From Eledone cirrhosa (taxonomy: Eukaryota), in the NCBI GenBank assembly GCA_964016885.1, contig OZ024742.1:202926001-202990000 (forward strand): DNA of 64,000 nucleotides. Direction: 5' to 3'. This document shows, piece by piece, positions 49,598-60,871 of the stretch. Numbering within the stretch: position 1 is the stretch's first letter; each line of letters begins with the position of its first letter. Below the pieces are notes generated by a model that was not told the DNA's origin, made no database searches, and worked only from the letters and a program-made list of their open reading frames with translations. The translations under genes were made by a program, and so were the position numbers.

Positions 49598-51560
49598 AGG
49601 TAGTGGTTGTAGTGGTAGGTGGTGTGGGGGGGATGGTATGGCAGTAGCAGAGTATGGGGATGGTGATTGTAGTGGTAGGTGGTGTGGGGGGGGGTATGGC
49701 AGTAGCAGAGTATGGGGATGGTGATTGTAGTGGTAGGTGGTGTGGGGGGGGGGGTATGGCAGTAGCAGAGTATGGGGATGGTGATTGTAGTGGTAGGTGG
49801 TGTGGGGGGATGGTATGGCAGTAGCAGAGTATGGTGATGGTGATTGTAGTGGTAGGTGGTGTGGGGGGATGGTATGGTAGTAGCAGAGTATGGGGATGGT
49901 GATTGTAGTGGTAGGTGGTGTGGGGGGGATGGTATGGCAGTAGCAGAGTATGGGGATGGTGATTGTAGTGGTAGGTGGTGTGGGGGGATGGTATGGTAGT
50001 AGCAGAGTATGGGGATGGTGATTGTAGTGGTAGGTGGTGTGGGGGGGGGGGGTATGGCAGTAGCAGAGTATGGGGATGGTGATTGTAGTGGTAGGTGGTG
50101 TGGGGGGATGGTATGGCAGTAGCAGAGTATGGGGATGGTGATTGTAGTGGTAGGTGGTGTGGGGGGATGGTATGGCAGTAGCAGAGTATGGGGATGGTGA
50201 TTGTAGTGGTAGGTGGTGTGGGGGGGATGGTATGGCAGTAGCAGAGTATGGGGATGGTGATTGTAGTGGTAGGTGGTGTGGGGGGATGGTATGGCAGTAG
50301 CAGAGTATGGTGATGGTGATTGTGGTGTGGGGGGATGGTATGGCAGTAGCAGAGTATGGGGATGGTGATTGTAGTGGTAGGTGGTGTGGGGGGATGGTAT
50401 GGCAGTAGCAGAGTATGGTGATGGTGATTGTGGTGTGGGGGGATGGTATGGTAGTAGCAGAGTATGGGGATGGTGATTGTAGTGGTAGGTGGTGTGGGGG
50501 GGATGGTATGGCAGTAGCAGAGTATGGGGATGGTGATTGTAGTGGTAGGTGGTGTGGGGGGATGGTATGGCAGTAGCAGAGTATGGGGATGGTGATTGTA
50601 GTGGTAGGTGGTGTGGGGGGATGGTATGGCAGTAGCAGAGTATGGTGATGGTGATTGTGGTGGTAGGTGGTGTGGGGGGATGGTATGGCAGTAGCAGAGT
50701 ATGGTGATGGTGATTGTGGTGTGGGGGGATGGTATGGCAGTAGCAGAGTATGGGGATGGTGATTGTAGTGGTAGGTGGTGTGGGGGGGATGGTATGGCAG
50801 TAGCAGAGTATGGGGATGGTGATTGTAGTGGTAGGTGGTGTGGGGGGATGGTATGGCAGTAGCAGAGTATGGTGATGGTGATTGTGGTGTGGGGGGATGG
50901 TATGGCAGTAGCAGAGTATGGGGATGGTGATTGTAGTGGTAGGTGGTGTGGGGGGGATGGTATGGCAGTAGCAGAGTATGGGGATGGTGATTGTAGTGGT
51001 AGGTGGTGTGGGGGGGATGGTATGGCAGTAGCAGAGTATGGGGATGGTGATTGTAGTGGTAGGTGGTGTGGGGGGGATGGTATGGCAGTAGCAGAGTATG
51101 GGGATGGTGATTGTAGTGGTAGGTGGTGTGGGGGGATGGTATGGCAGTAGCAGAGTATGGGGATGGTGATTGTGGTGTGGGGGGATGGTATGGCAGTAGC
51201 AGAGTATGGGGATGGTGATTGTAGTGGTAGGTGGTGTGGGGGGGATGGTATGGCAGTAGCAGAGTATGGGGATGGTGATTGTAGTGGTAGGTGGTGTGGG
51301 GGGGATGGTATGGCAGTAGCAGAGTATGGTGATGGTGATTGTGGTGTGGGGGGATGGTATGGCAGTAGCAGAGTATGGGGATGGTGATTGTAGTGGTAGG
51401 TGGTGTGGGGGGATGGTATGGCAGTAGCAGAGTATGGTGATGGTGATTGTGGTGTGGGGGGATGGTATGGCAGTAGCAGAGTATGGGGATGGTGATTGTA
51501 GTGGTAAGTGGTGTGGTGATAATGATTGTAGTTGTAGGTTGTATGGGGGGATGGTATGGC
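49598..51560. repeat. G-rich minisatellite, about 59-bp unit (47-62 bp variants), roughly 33 copies
   Basis: GGATGGTATGGCAGTAGCAGAGTATGGGGATGGTGATTGTAGTGGTAGGTGGTGTG(n) with variable G-run; short variant lacks about 12 bp. Confidence 0.97.
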
Positions 51561-51989
51561 AGTAGCAGCAGTAGTAGTAGTAGCAGCAGTAGTAGTAGAG
51601 GTGTTTGCAACAGAAGCATTATGAAATCTTTTATTTGGCTCTGGTATGAAGATCAGATCTGTAAATCTACCAAATAAAATAAACACCTTACCAATTCTAC
51701 AGAATCAACTGGCATGTGTTCTTGAAATCAAGGGATTATGCTTATCAACGGTTGATTGTTATCACTTTGGCATTTTTTGTATAGTAGTCTTGCCACATGG
51801 AATTATATTGGTTTTACCATGTATACATATGTCGGTGTGTGATTGTGTCTATGTGTGTGTATGTGTGTCTATATATGGGTGTGTGTGTATGTGTGTGTAT
51901 ATGTGTGTATACATATATATATTAATGATAATGTTGGGGTTGTTGACTTATATTTAGTTTTATAAATAACAGTGATGGATGGTAATAGA

Positions 51990-52294
51990 CCTATATATAT
52001 ACAAATATATATACAAACATACATATGCACACACATATATATATACATAAATATATACACACATATATATATATACACATACATAAATATACACACATGT
52101 ATATATATACATATATACACATACATAAATATACACACATGTATATATATACATATATACACATACATAAATATACACACATGTATATATATACATATAT
52201 ATATTTACATATATACACATATATATATATACATACATATATATATACATATATACACACACATATATATACATACATATATATATACATATAT

Positions 52295-52356
<62 letters not shown>

Positions 52357-53365
52357 TGGCTGCCAACTCGTTTTCGAATACGGCCACTACTTTATATCCA
52401 TGTAGGAGAACCCTACCAATGCGCTGAACGAATGTGACTTTAAAAAGTCAGCAACTTGAAAACTTTGGTACAAACACTACACTTGTGACAATTATTGACA
52501 CAGTGCTGGGCCCATGGTACCATGTGATGACAAGTGCAGAGATCTCCAGATATAAAGCAATGCCTGTGCCGTGAAACTTTTACAGTGAGCAAAGGCACTG
52601 CACAAAGCCAGTCCCACTCTCTTAACCAAGATGATATTTACCAAAAAGAACAAGTCAACATCATTGGATACCATCAGATTTGCAGGTGTTATATCAGAGT
52701 TTTCCTTCTCCTAGAATTCTGCCTTGACATATATGTATGTATATATATATACATACATATATACACATATATATACATATATACACACATATATATACAC
52801 ATACATATATACACATACATATATACACATATATATATATACATATATACACATATATACACATATATATACATACATACACATATATATACATACATAT
52901 ATACACATATATATACACATATATATACATACATATATACACATATATATACATACATATATACACATACATATATACACATATATATACACATACATAT
53001 ATACACATATATATACACATACATATATACACATATATATACATATATACAAATATATATACATATATACAAATATACACATATACATATATACATACAT
53101 ATATACAAATATATATACATATATACACATATACATATATACATATATATATACACATATATACATATATACACATATATATATACATATATACATACAT
53201 ATATACACATATATATACATATATAAACATATATATACATATATACACACATATATATATATATATACATACATATATATATATATACATATATACATAC
53301 ATATATACACATATATACATATATATACATACATATATACACATATATACATATATATACATACA

Positions 53366-53401
<36 letters not shown>

Positions 53402-53438
53402 CATACATATATACACATACATATATACACACACATAT
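51990..53438. repeat. (TA)/(CA) compound microsatellite field
   Basis: Direct reading; interrupted by the element at 52354-52728. Confidence 0.93.
52354..52728 (-). mobile_element. Bipartite RTE derivative, 5'-truncated
   Basis: Reverse complement of 11250-11636. Confidence 0.85.
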
Positions 53439-53460
53439 AACTCACAACCTTTCGATTGCA

Positions 53461-53785
53461 AGTGGTTAGAGCATTCCCCTTGCAATTGAAAGGTTGTGAG
53501 TTCAATTTTCAGACGGGGTGATGTGTTTCCTTGAGCAAGGCACTTTATTTCACATTGCTCCAGTTTACTCAGCTGTAGAAATGAGATGATAGGGACTGGG
53601 GTCCCTATCATTCCACTGCAAAGTAGTCGTGGAGGTGCCACGGCAAAAAAGCACCCAGCACTCACTGTAAATGAGGTTGGTGTTAGGAAGGGCATCCACC
53701 TGTAGAAATGTACCAGATTCACTTCCCGTCCCACCCTTGGAAGCAAGGAAAAGTGGACGTAAAATGAAATGATGAAATGAAATGA
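53461..53785 (+). mobile_element. SINE family A with inverted duplication at its 5' end
   Basis: Family A body; 53439-53462 is the reverse complement of 53479-53502. Confidence 0.88.
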
Positions 53786-53946
53786 TATATACATATATAC
53801 ACACATATATATACACATGCATATATACATACATATACATGTATATATATGCATACATATATATATGCATACATATATATATATATACACATATACATAT
53901 ACACATATACATATATATATATATGCATACATATATATATATACAT

Positions 53947-54481
53947 GGTGGCTGCCAACTCGTTTTCGAGTACAGCCACTACTTTATATCCATGTAGGAG
54001 AACCCCTACTGATGCGCTGAACGAGTGTGACTTTTTAGTCCAGCCAGCGACTTGAAAACTCTGGTACAAACACTACACTTGTGACAATTATTGACAGTGC
54101 AGGGCCCATGGTACCATCTGACGACAAGTGCAGAGAGATCTCCAGATACAAAGCAATGCCTGTGCCATGAAGCTTTTATAGTGAGCAAAGGCACTGCACA
54201 AAGCCAGTCCCACTCTCTTAACCAAGATGATATTTACCAAAAAGAAGAACAAGTCAACATCATTGGATACCATCAGGGTTGCAGGTGTTATATCAGAGTT
54301 TTCCTTCTACTAGAATTCTGCCTTGACAAAGGCTAAGGGATCATCTCTCCTGGTGATTTTGGATGGCCATTGACTCTTAAGAGCTCCTTTGCCCTTTGAC
54401 AGGTTTTGTTTTTAGTCCTTCAGGATGTCCAAAGTCACCCTCCTCACCAAGAAACCTTGGTTGGGTTGCCAGTTTAGTCGC
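53947..54481 (-). mobile_element. Bipartite RTE derivative
   Basis: Reverse complement of 11097-11636, high identity. Confidence 0.88.
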
Positions 54482-54701
54482 ATATAAATACACATGCATA
54501 TATATATACATATAAGTGGGGGCACATGGCTTAGTGGTTAGAGCATTGGCCTTGCAATCAAAAGGTTGCGAGTTCAATTCTCAGACCGGGTGATGTGTTG
54601 TTTCCTTGAGCAAGACACTTTATTTCACATTGCTCCAGATTACTCAGATGATATTAAATACACATGCATATACACATTCATACATACATATACATACACA
54701 T

Positions 54702-54745
<44 letters not shown>

Positions 54746-54800
54746 GTGAGGTTTTTTTTACAAAATGAAAAATAACCGAGGTGTCCTACATGAGCGAAAG

Positions 54801-55009
54801 TATAAAGAAAAAAAGATGAAATAGAAAATGCAATTGGAGTCTTATTTTTAAAAAAAAATATATATATTTATTTGGTTCCTCCATCTCAACTCTACTTTTG
54901 AAAAGCAGAAGAACTGCGAAACCGGTAAAGGAACCAAATAAATATATATATTTTTTTTTTAAAAATAAGACTCCAATTGCATTTTCAATTTCATCTTTTT
55001 TTCTTTATA
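54801..55009. mobile_element. Fold-back insert (about 80-bp arms) with a minimal hammerhead in its loop
   Basis: Arms 54801-54880 / 54929-55009; plus 54895-54930 CTT-TTGAAAA-GCAG aagaa CTGC-GAAA-CCGG-TA-AAG. Confidence 0.8.
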
Positions 55010-55049
55010 TATATAGACGTTAATATATATATCCCTTATTCTCTCTTCA

Positions 55050-55776
55050 TCTAGGAGATTGTATCAGATCACACTGGATAGCATCAGATTGGACAGTTAT
55101 TAATCTATCCAATCCAGTCGAATTTGACCCAGCCCAATACGGTTTGATCCGACCCGACCCATTTTGATCCAATCCAGACCATTTTGTTCCGGTCCAAGCT
55201 GATCTGATTTGGCCCGATCTCGTCTGAAGCAATCAAATCTGATCCAGTCTGATCTAATTTGGTCCAGAGTAATCCAATCCAGTCTGATTGCAATCTGATC
55301 TGATCCAGTTTGATTCAACCTGGTTTGGTCCAATCCAGTCTGATCCAGCCTGGTTTGTTCCAATCTGTTCAGATCTAAACTGGGTTGATCCAGTCTGGTC
55401 TAATCCGGTTTAATCCGAGCCAGTTTGATCCAATATAATCTGAACCAATCCAGTCTCATCTGAGCCAGTTGGATCCAATCCAGTTTGATCTGAGCTGGTT
55501 TGATCCAGTCTGGTCTGATCCAATCCGGTCCAATCTGATCCTGTTTGATCCAATTCTATTCCATTTGATCTGATCTGCTCTCGTCGGAAATGGTTTGATC
55601 TGATCTGGTCAGATCTAATCCACATTGATCCAGTTTGCTCTGATCCGGTCTGGCCCAATCCGATCCGGTTTGATCTGATCAGATCCGATTTGATCTGATC
55701 CGGTTTAATCTGATCCGATCCGATCTGATCCAGTTTAATCCAATTTAGTCTGATCAGAATTGGACTGGATCAGGAC
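55050..55776. repeat. Degenerate pentamer satellite (GATCY / AATCC / GGTYT)n
   Basis: 5-bp periodicity, purest near 55660-55735; the DQTG/LDW ORFs are artefacts. Confidence 0.88.
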
Positions 55777-56475
55777 ATTATATATATATCGCTGTGAGAG
55801 GGGTTTGGCACTGCTAACTGGCTTATCCTTTCTCATAGCAGTGCCATGCAACACCTGAACTGAGTGTCTGCTGTGTGAAGGGTTTGGTGTGGCCAATTGG
55901 CCTGTCCCTCCTCATAGTGGTACCATCCAGAACAGGGTCCAAAACTATTGCTATGCTGTGAAATGGGTTAGGCTCCTCGTATCGATACCATCCAGTACCC
56001 AGCTCCAACTTGTCTATCCATATAGTGGTGCCATCAAGCACGAGGCTATCAAGCTGTGTTCTGCACCTGTCTCTCCTCATAGTGGTGTCATCCAGTACTG
56101 GGGCTCATCCATTGGGATCCCGGATATTTTCATATATATATATAGAGAGAGAGAAATTAACGTTTACACTCTACTAATGTATTGAGTACCTTACTAACTG
56201 TGGATACCCCCAACTGACCCTGGGACTGACACACACTCAGCAAAATGTGCCCAACCCACACAGTAAAGTGGTTGTGTGGGCAAAAAGCATTTAGTACTCA
56301 CTATAAATGAAGTTGATGCTAGGAAGGGCATGCAGCTGTAGAAACCGAGCCAAAATCAGTTCTGTATGAGCATGACATGGTCACCTGACAACAGGATAAC
56401 CTAGGATTACCAGTGTGGTAAAATGGACGTTAAACAGTGATGATGAATATGATGAACATATATATATATATATAT

Positions 56476-58209
56476 ATATTAAATTCAAATATTAATAAAA
56501 TAGATGTTCTTGTGATCAATTCAATTTTATTATACATATTTCAGAGGTACTTGAATCAAGTTCAATAGTACGTCCTCATCAGATAAAATAAAATGATACA
56601 TGACATACCCTGACATGTTAAATGCTTAAGATTTAATCAAGGTAGTGATTAACTTGGGAGAAAACTCAATATTTATACCGTACAAATGAGAACATGGGAA
56701 AACGTAATAGAATCAATAGAGAGGGTGTGAGTAAGAAAAAGATTCCTTTAATGCAACAGTTATAGAGATATTAATGTTTGAAATACTACTGTAGGACTAT
56801 AGAGGAAGACTATAGATATCTGGAGTTATATTAGTTTTTAGTTTGAGAATGCAGCTGATATATAATTAAAGAGAGAGGGATAAGGGGAGTAATTTATGCA
56901 CAAATATTCATCAGACACATATAAACATATATAGCCTTGGCGGTTAAGTTTCAAAATATTTAATTTATGTTATTTTAGGGTAACAAATCAAAATTATAGG
57001 TTTTAAAAGTTGAGGGTTATTTGTGTTATAAATTTTATAAATTTATAAATGTGTTAAATTTCTAAAATTCAAAGTTTTATGAAATCGAATTTATGAAATC
57101 GAATTTAAAGGATTATACTGTTCAATATTCATGCAAAGGTAATCTTTAAAATATTACTTGTAATATTATCAACAATATCCATATGTATAGTTTATGAAGT
57201 ATTTACAGTTATAATTATCAAGGAATTTATTGTTAAATGGTTATAGTGGTTATAGTGGTTATAGTGGTTATAAAAATTTACAGGTTAGATATCAAAACTA
57301 TATTTAAAACAGAGATAGAAAAATAAATGTCTGGATCAAAGTTAATAATATCCAAAAATATTGTTTAAGAACAAGATGGCATGTTGATATACAATACCTA
57401 TGGCTTTTTGGATATACTTTTGTTATACTTTAGACACTATAACCATTTAACAATAAATTCCTTGATAATTATAACTGTAAATACTTCATAAACTATACAT
57501 ATGGATATTGTTGATAATATTACAAGTAATATTTTAAAGATTACATTTGCATGAATATTGAACAGTATAATCCTTTAAATTCGATTTCATAAATTCGATT
57601 TCATAAAACTTTGAATTTTAGAAATTTAACACATTTATAAAATTTATAAAATTTATAACACAAATAACCCTCAACTTTTAAAACCTATAATTTTGATTTG
57701 TTACCCTAAAATAACATAAATTAAATATTTTGAAACTTAACCGCCAAGGCTATATATGTTTATATGTGTCTGATGAATATTTGTGCATAAATTACTCCCC
57801 TTATCCCTCTCTCTTTAATTATATATCAGCTGCATTCTCAAACTAAAAACTAATATAACTCCAGATATCTATAGTCTTCCTCTATAGTCCTACAGTAGTA
57901 TTTCAAACATTAATATCTCTATAACTGTTGCATTAAAGGAATCTTTTTCTTACTCACACCCTCTCTATTGATTCTATTACGTTTTCCCATGTTCTCATTT
58001 GTACGGTATAAATATTGAGTTTTCTCCCAAGTTAATCACTACCTTGATTAAATCTTAAGCATTTAACATGTCAGGGTATGTCATGTAACATTTTATTTTA
58101 TCTGATGAGGACGTACTATTGAACTTGATTCAAGTACCTCTGAAATATGTATAATAAAATTGAATTGATCACAAGAACATCTATTTTATTAAATATTTGA
58201 ATTTAATAT
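56476..58209. repeat. Long inverted repeat: about 773-bp arms (56476-57248 / 57435-58209) with a 186-bp spacer, in a TA tract
   Basis: Arms are reverse complements with only about 4 differences found by eye; each arm carries a hammerhead-like motif. Confidence 0.93.
58090..58160 (+). ncRNA. Hammerhead-like motif in the long inverted repeat (mirror copy at 56524-56595, minus)
   Basis: ATTTTATTttat-CTGATGA-GGAcGTACtaTTGAA cttga TTCAAGTACcTCT-GAAA-TATG-TA-tAATAAAAT; minimal stem III, imperfect stem I junction. Confidence 0.55.
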
Positions 58210-58299
58210 TAATAACTCTGGAAAATATCTTCTTGTTGAGTGCTTTCAATCTACTGTAATACTCATTCTTTGATGTACTCATTGAATCTTGTTTAACTC

Positions 58300-58354
<55 letters not shown>

Positions 58355-58413
58355 GGAATACTGTTGGGTTCTTGCTACAATAATTTCTATACTTTTCATT
58401 TATATATATATAT

Positions 58414-58798
58414 ATATGAATGTATATACAGTATACTTTGCAATACACTGTATGCTTAATTAAAAGCTTTTTAAGACCTTATGCTATTGTTTTAGAGCGC
58501 CAAATCTAATTTTCAATTTCTGCTTGACGGACAACCGCTCTGTATAGTCAGTTCCTGATTATTACTAGAAATTCTATAAGAATCAAACATTCATGATTTT
58601 CAGCAAACAGGTGGAGTACTTGGCTTTGATAAGTACCAATCAGTACGAAACATAGCTCTGTCAGCTTTATCTCCCCTGTTTGCTGAAAATTAAAGTAAGT
58701 GAGTCTGTCACTAATCTAAAACAATAGCATAAGGTCTTAAACATGCTTTTAATTAAGCATACAGTGTATTGCAAAATACACTATATATACATTCATAT
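58414..58798. mobile_element. TA-adjacent insert with about 83-bp inverted ends enclosing a hammerhead
   Basis: ATATGAATGTATATA..GCAATACACTGTATGCTTAATTAAAAGC..TTAAGACCTTATGCTATTGTTTTAGA mirrored at 58715-58798. Confidence 0.85.
58596..58690 (+). ncRNA. Type I hammerhead ribozyme with U3-A8 core and extended stem I
   Basis: GGCT-TTGATAA-GTAC caatca GTAC-GAAA-CA tagctc TG-TC-AGCT; GUC cleavage after 58662; stem I continues as GGAG/CTCC and TTTTCAGCAAACAGG/CCTGTTTGCTGAAAA. Confidence 0.82.
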
Positions 58799-58799
58799 G

Positions 58800-59697
58800 G
58801 CCTAGAATCATAAGGCCTTAAAGTTAACTTGTCTAAGACTAAAGTTCTAGTTTGTAGGAAGGAAAATAGGGCACCGGTCCCACCTGGGAAATGGCCATGC
58901 TCAGTGTGTAGGAAAGAAGTAGGCAGAAACTCCATTTTATGTCCCAAATGCAAAGTATGGGTGCAGTAAAGATGTAGTGGGATCACAGGTAAGCTAACTA
59001 AGAATATACATTTTATATGTGGCCGGTGCTCTGGTGCAATAAGTAGCAGCAAGTGCCCACAGAATACTAGCTCATTCCATTGCACAGATGGTTCTATAGA
59101 AATAGTGGACACCTTCCGTTACCTGGGTGAGAAAAATCAGCAGTGGGGGTGGGTGCTCTGAAAGTACAGTAACTAGAGTCAGAACGGGATGGCAAAAGTT
59201 CAGAGAGCTTATAGCACTATTGGCCGCTAAAAATGAAAGGCAGGCTGTATGATGCCTGCATATGAACAGCAATGTTACATGGCAGTGAGACCTGGGCATT
59301 GTGTGCATAGGATATATGCAGACTGGAGAGAAACGAAGCTTGCATGCTCCGCTGGATGTGTAATAGTAATACACGTGAACGGCAAAGCATAAACGAACTA
59401 AGCGAGAAATTAGGAATAAGAGGGATCAGATGTTGTTTACTTGAGAGAAGACTACGTTGATACGGTCACATGATGCGCATGAAAGCCACTCCGTGGCTAC
59501 CGTCTATTTTTATCGCCCTGCACTTTTTTATACAGCTGTCGTCTTTCATGCGCATCACGTTACCATACCAACGTAGTCTTCTCTCGAGTAAACAGCATCT
59601 GATCCCTCTTAATCCTAATTTCTCACTTAGTTCATTTATGCTTTGTTGTTCGCGTATATTACTATTACACATCCAATGGAGCATGCAAGCTTCGTTC
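58800..59697 (+). mobile_element. RTE LINE RT C-terminal fragment followed by an inverted copy
   Basis: GLKVNLSKTKV..CSVC..CPKC..RC..CGRC..IVDTFRYLG..GWQKFREL..ERNEACMLRWMCN; 59543-59697 is the reverse complement of 59332-59485. Confidence 0.88.
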
Positions 59698-60640
59698 CTA
59701 TTTCATAATCATCATCATCATCATCATTTTACGTCCGCTTTTCCCTGCTTGCAAGGGTGGGACGGGTCTTAATAATATATATATATTATGAAATACTGTT
59801 GGCTTCATGCTCACAATAATTTCTATACTTTCATTTATATTTATACTCGGAATTTTCCTAGAGTGCTTAAAATTACAGACACAACTGGAGCAATGTAAAA
59901 TAAAGTGTTTTGCTCAAGGATACAATGCACTGCTGGGGTATCGAACTCATGACCTTACAATTGTGAGCTGGATACCCTAATCACAACATATGCACATGTG
60001 CATTATTATTATTCGCTTATGATGTTTTACCACCAATACAAGACTAAGAAAGAAACTAAAAACGTGGCCATACTAACATATTTAGACTCAATAGAAAATT
60101 AGTGTAGAAAAAACTAAAGGTCATTTAATAACTTTCCACATTACTGGAGGGGTTTAAGCCCCCAAAACCCCTTAGTGGGTTGTCATATATAGGTTGAACA
60201 ATGAAAACTAAAAAGTGAGGTCTAATGCTTAATTAGCTCATTGTTTTACAATCGTTTCAGAAGGTTGATTGATCATGATAATATTGATATACTGACTAAT
60301 CAATATCAGTTATGTAACGTTATATTAGTCTTGATATAATATGGAGTTACATAACTTCTATTAATTAGGTATTATGTTAATCTTGGTCAATCAACCTTTT
60401 GGTGTCTGTCGCTCTACCGATATTGCCAATCCATAGCAGAGTGTAATAATCGTTTCTACTTTAGGCACAAGGCCAGCAATTACCCAGTGCATTACTGGTA
60501 CTATATTTTATCAACCCCGTAAAGATGAAAGGCAAAGTCAACCTTGGCGGGATTTGAACTCAGATCGTAAAGGGACGTAACTATGCTGGAAAGCATGGCG
60601 TCCGACCCTCTACCGATATTGCCAATCCACCAGTGTAATA

Positions 60641-60871
60641 ATAATGATAGGTATGGATGAGGTGTCAAATTTTCATTATGTTTATTTAGGTGACATGCAT
60701 TTTGTGATTGATCAGCTGAAGGTTTGATCGGTATCGATCGGGCCCAACTCTGAAATAAAAAGCTCACCAGATTTCTGTTAGTGCAATGACGGAAATATCA
60801 ATCATGAAACATGTGTCACCTAAATAAATGTAATGGAAATTTGACACCTCATCCATTCTTATTATCATTAT
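60641..60871. mobile_element. MITE with about 70-bp TIRs
   Basis: TGGATGAGGTGTCAAATTT..TTTATTTAGGTGACA..TGATTGAT mirrored at 60797-60871. Confidence 0.8.

Noticed and set aside
49188-51686. 832-aa and 674-aa ORFs
   Set aside because: Unit lengths are mostly not multiples of three and the strand lacks stops in all frames, so ORF length is uninformative
55047-55658. Pentapeptide-repeat-like ORFs (DQTGL)
   Set aside because: Result of a 5-bp DNA satellite; frames are interrupted by stops
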